Shown in pieces: positions 9,323-18,405 of a stretch of 64,000 bases of DNA. The DNA is taken from IMG/VR virus record IMGVR_UViG_3300031857_021139; one strand, written 5' to 3'. The first letter of the stretch is position 1. Each line of letters starts with the position of its first letter. The stretch comes from an uncultured virus (IMG/VR IMGVR_UViG_3300031857_021139) (Duplodnaviria > Heunggongvirae > Uroviricota > Caudoviricetes). The notes under the pieces are model-generated. The model saw only the letters and a program-made list of their open reading frames with translations, had not been told where the DNA came from and did no database searches. The position numbers and the translations under genes were made by a program.

Positions 9323-11682
9323 CTAACTTTGTAGTTTACAGATAAGTTGTATTGATTTTGAGATGTGGTCATTGCATTGATTTGCATGCGTGAACGTCGC
9401 GTGATGTCATGATGATAAGACATGCGAGCATAACCAACTGTGGGGCTTATAAGATCGGCTCGGACTTGGCTGTACCTTATCTGTCCTTGGATGTCAACTG
9501 AAGTTGGCAGGGTAAGATCTACTGATCCATCTATAACTTTAGGCAAGGTGCCACCATAAACTCTGAAGTTAGACCACTCATGCCCTGCTTCGGTCCATAC
9601 AGCCGTGATAGGATTGATACGTGAAACCAGACCTTTTTCTATCTCTGTTGCGGTATACATGACCCCAACCTTGCCTACCCATCCTTGTTGCCTATGAGTG
9701 ATCGTAGACTCAATAGTGGTCGAACTCTGTACACGTCCCCAACTGCCTGATATTTGCACATAAGGATTGAATGGCATGCGAGCAAACTGGAGATTAAGTC
9801 GGGTATCTTTATAAACATCCATGTCAGTGATTCCCATGAACATGGTGCTATTGTCACTGGATGAACTGACTTTGAACTTTTGATATCTGGCGCTGGTCAT
9901 GTTTAGTACCTGCGCAGATCTGGTGTCATCATCGTCCATGTTGTCTGTATAACGATTCCACAGGTTGTTGCTGTTATAACTGGTTGGACTGTAATTCACT
10001 GTGAAATCTCTGCCCAGGCTGTCAACGGCCTTGATCGCATTGGCCGATCCAGCGATGTTGACTCCGGTGATGCTGCCATTGATCGGGCGCAGGCCACCGG
10101 CCACGGGTATACTCAATGCGCCCACAGGACTCAAGGCCTTGCTGGGATCCAGCAGTTTCATACCAAACCAAGACGTAGAACTGGTGCTGAGCACAGCATT
10201 GACCTGGGCATCGCTCATCCAGGGCCAGGTCTGCTTGACCAAAGCCGCCGTGGCCTGGGCATTGGGCGTGACTGCTCCTAACTTGCTGAGATATACAGCC
10301 TTTTGTTGTGCGCCATTTGTGGTATAGGTCACTGCCGTGGCCAGGTACATGGCGCCATCAGGTCCTTGTACAAACACCACGCCATTGGCACCGTTGATCA
10401 CCGAAGCATTGACTGCCCGTTCGAGATCCTGTGCTTGATCTTGGAAGGCCTTGAGCACCGCGGCATAACTGGCCACATACTTGTGCTCACTGGTATGAAT
10501 CAGCACCTGGCTGCCTGCGTTGCTGTCCCAGTTGGGACTGCTGAGCACGATATCTGTGAGTCCGTCGGAGTTCACGTCGGCCAACACAGGATTGTAACTG
10601 GCCGGAGTTGATGTGTCATAGTTGACCAAGACAGTATCGGTCACGTCAGTGAACACGCCGCCACCGTGGTTTTTAAGGAACTGCACTTCGCTGAACGCAG
10701 GATAGGTACCATTCTTTTCTGGCCTGCTGATGATCACTGCCGAGGTCCGGCCCGATGCATCAAAGTCAAAGGCCAAGGCACGGATATCATGACTGCTGGT
10801 GAAACCCTGGCTGCTCCATTTAGGTAACAAGAAACGTGGTGTGGGCAAGGTAGTGATCTCGTTGATCAGCAATCTATCCAGGCCTGCTTGTATGGTCCAA
10901 CTGTACAGTCGGTTGCCGCCGGCTGGCGTATCAGTGATTATCATAGAACTGCCGCCGGTGCCCATGAAGTCGCCCACAGATACTCCCGATCCGCCACCTA
11001 CCCAGCTTTGATTGGTGTAGGATTGGAATGTACCGTCACCACGCCCAAAATGGATCATGGTGTCTGATCTATGGCTCAAAGCCAAGATGTCTGATCGGCC
11101 ATCTCCGTTGATATCATAGATGGCGCTGTCGGCCACAGCGATATTGTTGACATTGGCAATGTCAGTGCGTGAAAATCTTCCACCTTGATTGATGAACACA
11201 GACATAGGACCATACACTGCGGTATCTGTATATGTGCCAATGAACATGTCATTGCGACCATCACCGTTGAAATCTGCAAATTTGACCTGGCTCTCGCTGC
11301 CTTGGATGCGATTATCTGTGCCAGAGAACCAGGAAGTGGTCTTGTTGGTCAGAGACCCATTGTCCCAACCAAAGATCTGCACGTCGTATTCGTGATAGGC
11401 CTGCCCATTCACTGGAGACATGCGTCCCACCATGACCACTTCTTGTTGGGTGCCGCCGGATAGGTTGTTACTGAACAATGCAGTGTTATCGTATCTGGCG
11501 CTTGTAGTGTTTAGCGGCTGTACTGTGCCAACTCGAGTGGGTGTATGGTATGGCACATTGTAGTTTGTGCTGGCACGCTGATATGATGGTGAGCCTCCTC
11601 CACCTCCACCTCCACAGCCCGTCAATACGAGACCCACGGCCACGGCTATGATTGTGGGACGCAGAACTGGGTTTGCTTGCAT
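9316..11682 (-). CDS. Lipoprotein with FG-GAP/VCBS repeats and a probable C-terminal beta-barrel (autotransporter-like)
   Basis: Lipobox LTGC followed by a poly-Gly run. Repeats DFNGDGRND, DINGDGRSD and DVNSDGLTD. Ends in the amphipathic strand YNLSVNYKVRW. Confidence 0.7.
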   Translation of the reverse strand: MQANPVLRPTIIAVAVGLVLTGCGGGGGGGSPSYQRASTNYNVPYHTPTRVGTVQPLNTTSARYDNTALFSNNLSGGTQQEVVMVGRMSPVNGQAYHEYDVQIFGWDNGSLTNKTTSWFSGTDNRIQGSESQVKFADFNGDGRNDMFIGTYTDTAVYGPMSVFINQGGRFSRTDIANVNNIAVADSAIYDINGDGRSDILALSHRSDTMIHFGRGDGTFQSYTNQSWVGGGSGVSVGDFMGTGGSSMIITDTPAGGNRLYSWTIQAGLDRLLINEITTLPTPRFLLPKWSSQGFTSSHDIRALAFDFDASGRTSAVIISRPEKNGTYPAFSEVQFLKNHGGGVFTDVTDTVLVNYDTSTPASYNPVLADVNSDGLTDIVLSSPNWDSNAGSQVLIHTSEHKYVASYAAVLKAFQDQAQDLERAVNASVINGANGVVFVQGPDGAMYLATAVTYTTNGAQQKAVYLSKLGAVTPNAQATAALVKQTWPWMSDAQVNAVLSTSSTSWFGMKLLDPSKALSPVGALSIPVAGGLRPINGSITGVNIAGSANAIKAVDSLGRDFTVNYSPTSYNSNNLWNRYTDNMDDDDTRSAQVLNMTSARYQKFKVSSSSDNSTMFMGITDMDVYKDTRLNLQFARMPFNPYVQISGSWGRVQSSTTIESTITHRQQGWVGKVGVMYTATEIEKGLVSRINPITAVWTEAGHEWSNFRVYGGTLPKVIDGSVDLTLPTSVDIQGQIRYSQVRADLISPTVGYARMSYHHDITRRSRMQINAMTTSQNQYNLSVNYKVRW

Positions 11683-11712
11683 AATCGCTCCTGGATCTAC
11701 AGTGATTTGACT

Positions 11713-11742
11713 ATTTTACTGCGGAGTCGATTTTTTGGTCAA
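11713..11742 (-). promoter_or_regulatory. Sigma70-type promoter for the FG-GAP lipoprotein gene
   Basis: TTGACC-18 nt-TAAAAT on the minus strand, with a GGAG SD downstream. Confidence 0.65.
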
Positions 11743-11759
11743 CCTCGGTAAGTGGGCAC

Positions 11760-12614
11760 TTACCTGGGGGCAAAATCCTGCTGTAATTTGATGTTGTCGG
11801 TGAACTCTTTTTTCACCGCAGGATCTGACCGGAAAGCACCATGAAGCACAGTGGTTTGGGTAAGGCTGGAATGGGCCATGATGCCACGATTCTCACAGCA
11901 ACCATGCGTGGCTTGGATATACACGCCCACATCCTTGCTATCAGTGGCCTTCATGATCTCTCGGGCGATGTCGTTGCAGAGTTCTTCTTGGAGTGTACCA
12001 CGACGGGCGCACCATTGTGCGATGCGTGTGTATTTGCTGAGTCCGATCAATTTCTGTGCCGCAAGGATGCCAATATAGGCAACGCCAACAACGGGTTGAT
12101 GATGATGGCTGCACATACTACGAAGTTCACTACGCACCACGAGCATGCCTTCATAACGGTCTGCTGAGTCGTTTGGAAAGGCTGTGCAATCTGGTGCCGG
12201 ATCGTATCTACCGCCCATGATTTCGTTGAAGTACATCTTGGCCAAGCGTCGTGCGGTGCCCTTGGAGTTAGGATCGTTTTCACGATCAATCAGCAATCGA
12301 TCTAACACAGTTTCAAATGCTTCTGCGGCTTCGTCGATTAGTTTCTCTTTATCTTGTTCGCTGACATAGTCGCTGATATTATCGCCAGCCCAAAAACGTT
12401 TTTTGTCACGTTTCATTTTAAAGCGAATTGCATCACCTAAGTATGATTCTTGATAACCGCCATCACCACTCATGGCATCTAAAGCTGTGGCGTCTTCATA
12501 ACCCGGTTGGTAAGGCGCCGCGGCTACCAGCGGATTTTGTTTAAGTGTGTCAAATGTATCTTTACTGGTAGCAGTAAGAGAGTTTTCCAGGTCTTCTGAT
12601 GTAAATGTTGTCAA
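11760..12614 (-). CDS. folE: GTP cyclohydrolase I with an N-terminal extension
   Basis: TARRLAKMY, SMCSHH, GLSKYTR, LQEEL and HGCCENRG motifs. Confidence 0.95.
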   Translation of the reverse strand: MTTFTSEDLENSLTATSKDTFDTLKQNPLVAAAPYQPGYEDATALDAMSGDGGYQESYLGDAIRFKMKRDKKRFWAGDNISDYVSEQDKEKLIDEAAEAFETVLDRLLIDRENDPNSKGTARRLAKMYFNEIMGGRYDPAPDCTAFPNDSADRYEGMLVVRSELRSMCSHHHQPVVGVAYIGILAAQKLIGLSKYTRIAQWCARRGTLQEELCNDIAREIMKATDSKDVGVYIQATHGCCENRGIMAHSSLTQTTVLHGAFRSDPAVKKEFTDNIKLQQDFAPR

Positions 12615-12659
12615 TTTATGTTCTCCGAGTTATGGTCGAGGATGATCAGTCTTACTGCT

Positions 12660-12688
12660 ATTGTAAGATCTTATTTAGACCTTGTCAA
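12660..12688 (-). promoter_or_regulatory. Sigma70 promoter with an embedded TAAATA late motif upstream of folE
   Basis: TTGACA-17 nt-TACAAT; the spacer contains CTAAATA. Confidence 0.75.
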
Positions 12689-13266
12689 ACATTTAATGAA
12701 ATTAGACGACAATCCGGATAGGTCACAGTTTGGCATTGTGGTATCACTGTGCCCAAGCGTTGTCTTGCCAGGGCCACGGTTTCCAGAGTGGGGCAGTAGT
12801 GCCATCCAGGCGAGAATACAGCCTGATTGATCCAAGGACTCACTGCCAAATCTCTCCCATCAGATCGCATGCGACTGAGATGATAATGTGCGATTTGATC
12901 GTCCAGCAAGATAGCACCACATTTGCCAACGCTGAGAGGTTTTTCATAACCAAAACTCAGGCACTGTACCTGTCCTGGTCGGAACATGCCGGGTTCCAAC
13001 CTACGTGCTGAATCCCAGATGTTGGTGCCGTGGAATTGATATTCTCCCGACCATGTTTCGTCGACAAGAGAGTAGTCAATACCAAGGTTGAGCATGGTCT
13101 GTGGAATGCTTAGATAAGTGTAGGCCGTAAATTCTACTTTTTTAATCTGATACCATCGCATGACCAACTCTATAGCATGAGTACACCCATCTGTCAATAC
13201 CACATAGGGCGAACCTGTGTATGCACCCAGTTCGTCTTCAAGATCAAACAGACTGCTAAAACTCAT
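12685..13266 (-). CDS. DegT/DnrJ/EryC1/StrS-like PLP aminotransferase (short form)
   Basis: DGCTHAIEL, WDSA and CLSFGYEKPLSVGKCGAIL motifs. Confidence 0.7.
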   Translation of the reverse strand: MSFSSLFDLEDELGAYTGSPYVVLTDGCTHAIELVMRWYQIKKVEFTAYTYLSIPQTMLNLGIDYSLVDETWSGEYQFHGTNIWDSARRLEPGMFRPGQVQCLSFGYEKPLSVGKCGAILLDDQIAHYHLSRMRSDGRDLAVSPWINQAVFSPGWHYCPTLETVALARQRLGTVIPQCQTVTYPDCRLISLNV

Positions 13267-14216
13267 TGATTATACCAATTCCATGCATGTGCTACCATGT
13301 CATTGAGCGTAAATCTCGGTCGAGTACCAGATACTGTCTGCCAACGATCAGATGATGCTGTGAGCATGGCAGGATCTCCCAGTCGACGCGAGCCCACTGA
13401 TACTGTAACTGTTTTGCCGGTCACTTGCTGTGCCATGGCTATGACTTCTCGGTTGCTTATACCTTGTTTGGTACCAAGATTATATGTGTCTGCTGGAATG
13501 TCTTTGTTCATGGCTGCTACATGGGCATCAGCAATATCTTCCACATGCACATAATCTCTCACGCAGGTCCCATCTGGGGTATCATAGTCATCGCCGTTGA
13601 GGATGAATTCTTTGTTGTCACGTATGGCTTCTAACACCCTGGCGATGATGTGAGTGGCTCCAGATTTCTGACCATGCCGTGCTTGGCTGTCAGCACCGCA
13701 GGCATTGAAATATCTCAAGGCCACAAAGTCGAGGTTGTATGCGTGCTTGTAGCTTTGCAACATCCATTCAACCATAAGTTTGCTTTGCCCATAGGGGCTG
13801 ATTGGCTCACAAGGATCCACCTCACTGCATGGATTGATCACTGGTTCGCCGTAACATGCTGCCGAACTGCTGAATATCACCCGAGTGTTGATTTTGTTAT
13901 CAACTATGAAATCTAATAATTTTTTTGTTTTGACGAAGTTGTTGTTATAGTAATCAGCTGGTCGTCCCAAACTGGGTCCAACCAGACTTGAACCGGCACA
14001 ATGTACCACGGCCTCTGGTGTAAATTGGTGTAAGAGATCCAGGGCATACGGGTTGCTGAAATCTTCTTGATAGAATCTGTCAGCCACAGATCCAAGATTC
14101 TTTGGGCAGACCACAGTGTCTACACCAATGACCGTGTGGCCTTGGTCTTTGAGACGCAACATGGTTTCTCCACCAATGAATCCACCGGCGCCAGTGACAA
14201 GCACTGTTTTTCTCAT
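13263..14216 (-). CDS. galE: UDP-glucose 4-epimerase
   Basis: TGAGGFIG, FSSSAACYG, PYGQSK, LRYFNACGA and DGTCVRDYVHV motifs. Confidence 0.9.
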   Translation of the reverse strand: MRKTVLVTGAGGFIGGETMLRLKDQGHTVIGVDTVVCPKNLGSVADRFYQEDFSNPYALDLLHQFTPEAVVHCAGSSLVGPSLGRPADYYNNNFVKTKKLLDFIVDNKINTRVIFSSSAACYGEPVINPCSEVDPCEPISPYGQSKLMVEWMLQSYKHAYNLDFVALRYFNACGADSQARHGQKSGATHIIARVLEAIRDNKEFILNGDDYDTPDGTCVRDYVHVEDIADAHVAAMNKDIPADTYNLGTKQGISNREVIAMAQQVTGKTVTVSVGSRRLGDPAMLTASSDRWQTVSGTRPRFTLNDMVAHAWNWYNQ

Positions 14217-15433
14217 GCTTGTGCTCCAAGTTTGACCACATGGTATTTGTTGCCGGGTACATGATCACGGTAACGATTTCCCGAACGGTTCCACTGTTCA
14301 CCTTGACCTTGTATGATGTCTACCACACGATCTACAGTGCCGTTGTTCCAATCGGATATTAGGCCCATGTTGTGATGTTGACGGTCCAGAAGTTGTTCTA
14401 ACTTGGCAAAGGCATCATCTATCGACCAAGGAACATAGAGTCGGTCAGGATCGTTGGCAAAGGTTTCAGGGAAACTGCGATAAGCAGGATATAACACATT
14501 ACAACCAAGAGTATCGGCTTCTGATACTGTGTTAGATACCCAGTCTTGTAGAGCACAATTAAAAAGCACACGAGTATCGTTGAGAAGAGCGTAGTAGTCA
14601 TTTTTCTGTAAGTTCTCGTAGATATGGAGATGTCCTTGATTGGACATGTCCCGGGCACGTCGCACGTACTCGGGATTGTTGCTCCTCAAAGGACCTCCCT
14701 GGAAGAGAGCAAACTCAATGTAGTTGCGATGACGGCCTTGTCGGAGATACATGTCGATCAAGTCCATGAAAAAGCCTGGTTGTTTCTCTTGATCAAAGCG
14801 TGCGGCAAAGCCCACACGCATTTTACGCTGATCAAAAGGTTGGATCTTTTCACTGCCGCCAACTCGTTCCAGCACTTCTGATTTGCCAAACGCCAGGCCT
14901 GAAATATTGTAGATAGGCGCGGTCCAGCCTGCGACACGCATGTGGGCGACCATTTCTTCATTGGTGGCCAATACATGCACATTAGGTATCTGGTTGACCA
15001 TGCGCTCATAAGTGCTCATCCAGCCGGCCATGTTCCATACATGCACGAAATCATCTGGATCGATGGCCTGTGCTAAACAGCGCACGAATATCCGGGGGCG
15101 CAGATTTTCAGGCACTTGATCCAGGATATATGGCAGGCTCTCGATACCGGGCTGGAACATGTCTTCAAAGTACACAACATCTTCTGCTGTGACATCACCT
15201 TGTTGCATGAGTCGTACCAAGTTCATCATCTGGCTCATGGCAAAGTAACTGCGACCGTGTGCATCCAACACCTGGCCCACAGAGATCTTTTTGCTGTTGT
15301 CGAGATTTAATCCGGGCACATACACCACATCCAAGGCCCGACGATCAAACACACGCCGATTCCATTCTGTGAGTTGTAGGGTATAACGAGCCTCGTAAGA
15401 CTCTAACCCCATATAAAATAACTTACGCATCAT
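14213..15433 (-). CDS. GT-B fold glycosyltransferase
   Basis: C-terminal ARFDQEKQP and ALQDWVSNTVSEADTLGC..LYP resemble a GT-B nucleotide-sugar-binding region. Confidence 0.65.
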   Translation of the reverse strand: MMRKLFYMGLESYEARYTLQLTEWNRRVFDRRALDVVYVPGLNLDNSKKISVGQVLDAHGRSYFAMSQMMNLVRLMQQGDVTAEDVVYFEDMFQPGIESLPYILDQVPENLRPRIFVRCLAQAIDPDDFVHVWNMAGWMSTYERMVNQIPNVHVLATNEEMVAHMRVAGWTAPIYNISGLAFGKSEVLERVGGSEKIQPFDQRKMRVGFAARFDQEKQPGFFMDLIDMYLRQGRHRNYIEFALFQGGPLRSNNPEYVRRARDMSNQGHLHIYENLQKNDYYALLNDTRVLFNCALQDWVSNTVSEADTLGCNVLYPAYRSFPETFANDPDRLYVPWSIDDAFAKLEQLLDRQHHNMGLISDWNNGTVDRVVDIIQGQGEQWNRSGNRYRDHVPGNKYHVVKLGAQA

Positions 15434-15645
15434 CGACTCCTGCGATTGGAGTCTTGTATCCACATATCCTTGGCGAACTTGCCTTGCACATGCTTGTTGA
15501 ACTGTTGGTAAGCGTAACTTTTCCAGTTATATAGGTCAGCCTCATTGTATCGATAACCAAAATCTTGGCAAAAAAGCTGGAATTGCTCGAGGTCTTCGAA
15601 GATGGCTCGCACTCGAGGGTTGGGTTTGAACGTGGGTTTGGCCAT
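15430..15645 (-). CDS. Hypothetical protein
   Basis: ORF MAKPTFKPNPR... with an upstream GAAGGA SD, coupled to the downstream gene. Confidence 0.65.
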   Translation of the reverse strand: MAKPTFKPNPRVRAIFEDLEQFQLFCQDFGYRYNEADLYNWKSYAYQQFNKHVQGKFAKDMWIQDSNRRSR

Positions 15646-15655
15646 GTTCCTTCTC

Positions 15656-16186
15656 TTAGATAGTGACTGAGTTATAGGGACGGTGAGTTTCATACTTTAT
15701 GAGGCAGCCGTTCTCACCATCTTCGGCCACTTCAATCCAGACGCTACGTTCAGGGTAGCGTTCTGCGATACAGGTATATAGTTCGTCTGCGATCATCTCG
15801 CAGGATTTGTAGTCGAGTTCGAGTCTATGGGTCGGTGCCAATCCAGTTCGATCTTGATTATGGGAAACGGACCGATCTGACAAGCCGGTACCCAAGGATC
15901 CGGATGGCGTGTACAGTGACAAGAGCCACCGCTTGAACTGGATGAACTCGATGTCCCGGTCATTATGGAACACATCGATCCACACCCGGAAATGGAAGAT
16001 ATGACGATGAGGATAACCAAGGAACGAAACATCATAGTGATCTCCAGTGGCCAGAGCAGGATCTGTCAAGGCAGCGGGATATTTATGGATGCCTTCCATC
16101 TGGAACGTGACCCAGATCTGGCGTTGCGCTTCGGACATGATGCGCTGGGCTGTTTCTTTTTGTGCTTGTTGTCGTTGTTCGCTCAT
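15656..16186 (-). CDS. Second T-fold (QueD/PTPS-like) protein
   Basis: EGIHKYP, HRHIFHFRV, RDIEFI, SCEMIA and IEVAEDGENG parallel the PTPS His, CE and VxE-T motifs. Confidence 0.6.
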   Translation of the reverse strand: MSEQRQQAQKETAQRIMSEAQRQIWVTFQMEGIHKYPAALTDPALATGDHYDVSFLGYPHRHIFHFRVWIDVFHNDRDIEFIQFKRWLLSLYTPSGSLGTGLSDRSVSHNQDRTGLAPTHRLELDYKSCEMIADELYTCIAERYPERSVWIEVAEDGENGCLIKYETHRPYNSVTI

Positions 16187-16698
16187 TGTATCACATCGTC
16201 CTTTTCGTATTGGCTCCAGTCAGTAAATCTATCGCGTGATTGTAGATCTCGCAATTCATGCACCCATACACCGGGGTTGGTGGCAGCAAAATCTTTGTCG
16301 TCGATTTTCACACAGGTGTTGTAATTCCATAGTTTTATGTAAGGGATAGGCACCTTGATGATAGGTATGAATCGATCACGTTCACACAGTCCGCCTTCGT
16401 GAAATTCCTCCACATGCCGGAACGGAATATCCAGGCTGCACCAGTAGCCACGATCCAGAAAAGTCAGGATCACGTTTTCCCAGGCAGTGTATTCGGCAGG
16501 AGTACGTGGCTGATAGCTGTCATTGGCACCGAAAAAGATGTGTTTGACACCAAGGCAACGATTCAATGTTTGCTCTATGTCTGCCTGCTGTTGATAACCT
16601 ATGACAAACAGTGTAGGCATGCCATGTGCAGGAGTGTGTTCTACTTCGTTACCAAAGAAAAACTCTGCTGATTCGTGTCCGGATCTATTCATCATCAC
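16183..16698 (-). CDS. Hypothetical protein in the DpdA module
   Basis: Intact coupled ORF (FFGNEVEHTPAHG, HIFFGANDS); no family recognised. Confidence 0.7.
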   Translation of the reverse strand: MMMNRSGHESAEFFFGNEVEHTPAHGMPTLFVIGYQQQADIEQTLNRCLGVKHIFFGANDSYQPRTPAEYTAWENVILTFLDRGYWCSLDIPFRHVEEFHEGGLCERDRFIPIIKVPIPYIKLWNYNTCVKIDDKDFAATNPGVWVHELRDLQSRDRFTDWSQYEKDDVIQ

Positions 16699-16888
16699 CT
16701 ACTTCTTGATCATGTTCATGTTGCCTGCGGCGCAGGTCTGCCAGTTCATCACGTATCTGTAGTCGTTTCTTTTTGAGGTACTGCAGATCCATGTCGCCAA
16801 AGTGACCGGTACGTTCCATGGTATCGATCTGCTTGTCCAGTGCTTCGTGTTGCTTTTCTAAATGGGTGATACGATTTTCATACATCAC
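16685..16888 (-). CDS. Small coiled-coil protein (DUF465/YdcH-like)
   Basis: LEKQHEALDKQI and LKKKRLQIRDEL pattern. Confidence 0.6.
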   Translation of the reverse strand: MMYENRITHLEKQHEALDKQIDTMERTGHFGDMDLQYLKKKRLQIRDELADLRRRQHEHDQEVGDDE

Positions 16889-18405
16889 ACGCTGTCCTCT
16901 AACGCTTCAAGTTTTGCAGGATCCAGATCTACTTCTTCAATCTGGGGTTGATCAAAATCAAACAAAGAGTTGAACATAGGAGTGGCGCTCCAAACTCTTT
17001 TGCCAGTAAATCCTCGAGTACCAACTATGCGTTCCCATATTTTACTATGTTCATCGATTATGGCCAATGATTTTGAGCGATCTCGCGCGGCAAAAACTCG
17101 ATCGATCACACGTCGTGCATCATAAACTGGATCGATTGGGTGTACCATCATGTCTGGACAGATGCCTTGATCGTACATTCGATTGGCTCGTTGCACTGCT
17201 TCGATGTGCATCCACACATTGTGTCCCATCATCAAAGCATAAGAAAATGAATCCCAAGACGTGCGGCCTTCTTTGCCGATCTTGTTTACATCACCTGGTT
17301 TGTACACGCACACATCTCTGATGCGTAATCTTTGAGAAATTGGAGAATCTTCAAAGGATTTGTGAATATCATCCGCTAACACTGCATCTCGGAACGAACG
17401 ATTATCTAATGCATATTTTTTATCATCTGCTGTGGGCGCCATCTGATAAGACCATTTGCTTCTGTTGTCAGTATAAATGCTGTGATACAATTGCCCATTG
17501 GCCGTGGCTAAGAATGGGCTTGCGCAATCAAAACTGATGGTAAAGTTAGGATTGGCATGTTTGCGCACAGCCCGCTGTATGTCGGTGAGCAACACTGCCC
17601 ACTCCAGTTTTGATGTCCCAAGAAAGTGCATCCAGTCATGGCAGCCTTTTTCTAACAATCCATCATGTATGAGATGCACCAAGCGTTTAAGTACCAGATG
17701 CACATCGCACATGTTCTGTCCGCCCATGCCCCAACCATTGAAGTGGTTCTTGTGTTTGGTTGGATCACAATAATCTTTCATGAGATCATACCAGTGATCG
17801 GCCTCGGCATGGTTACCACCCTGGAGCACATTCAAGATCTTGGTCTCGCCATAGCGATTGGCCATCCAGTATTCGTTGTTGTACCGGGTAGCGTTGACAG
17901 CGTCTTCATAACTGAAGATACCGCAGAGTTTTGATGCTTCAGGATCTCGGAAGGTCCATGTAGGTATGTCCATGGTCATTCCATAGGTGGCTATGCCCAT
18001 TTGCCACTTGAGGACCTTTTCCCTCTGGGCCTCGGCTTTCTTGTCTGTAAAATCGGCCCAACGCCCCGGCCACACGCCCTTGGCGATCTGGAATCCGCCG
18101 GAGTCAGCCAACATAATGGTGTTGGGATCTCTATTACGAACCATGTCCTCTTTGGGATCGGGTTTGTTGAGATCGAGATTGGCATGCCCTGCTGAATACA
18201 GACTCCAGCGATAAGGAAACAGGCCTTGTTGTGGATTCAACCAGTTCATTGATTCCATGTCGGGCATGGCCGGAGGCATGCGGCTCTGTTCTACATATGG
18301 CGTAGTCCTTTGCCGTCCCACATATGAAGCATAGAAGCTGGATATAGCCGGCAGGAATATAGCATAGTCCTGCTGTTTGGCTGTGAGGTTGTCTTGTTCA
18401 ATCAC
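16885..18405 (-). CDS. dpdA: DpdA/TGT-like DNA base-exchange transglycosylase
   Basis: TGT-fold motifs LADSGGFQ, MTMDIP, LNVLQG, HFLG and SFDCASP, in a queE/queD/folE context. Confidence 0.8.
   Translation of the reverse strand: MIEQDNLTAKQQDYAIFLPAISSFYASYVGRQRTTPYVEQSRMPPAMPDMESMNWLNPQQGLFPYRWSLYSAGHANLDLNKPDPKEDMVRNRDPNTIMLADSGGFQIAKGVWPGRWADFTDKKAEAQREKVLKWQMGIATYGMTMDIPTWTFRDPEASKLCGIFSYEDAVNATRYNNEYWMANRYGETKILNVLQGGNHAEADHWYDLMKDYCDPTKHKNHFNGWGMGGQNMCDVHLVLKRLVHLIHDGLLEKGCHDWMHFLGTSKLEWAVLLTDIQRAVRKHANPNFTISFDCASPFLATANGQLYHSIYTDNRSKWSYQMAPTADDKKYALDNRSFRDAVLADDIHKSFEDSPISQRLRIRDVCVYKPGDVNKIGKEGRTSWDSFSYALMMGHNVWMHIEAVQRANRMYDQGICPDMMVHPIDPVYDARRVIDRVFAARDRSKSLAIIDEHSKIWERIVGTRGFTGKRVWSATPMFNSLFDFDQPQIEEVDLDPAKLEALEDSV

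Noticed and set aside
16885..18405. Calling this a canonical tRNA-guanine transglycosylase (tgt)
   Set aside because: It lacks the CxCxxC zinc site of bacterial Tgt and sits among replication genes, so DpdA-like fits better. A tRNA substrate is not formally excluded.
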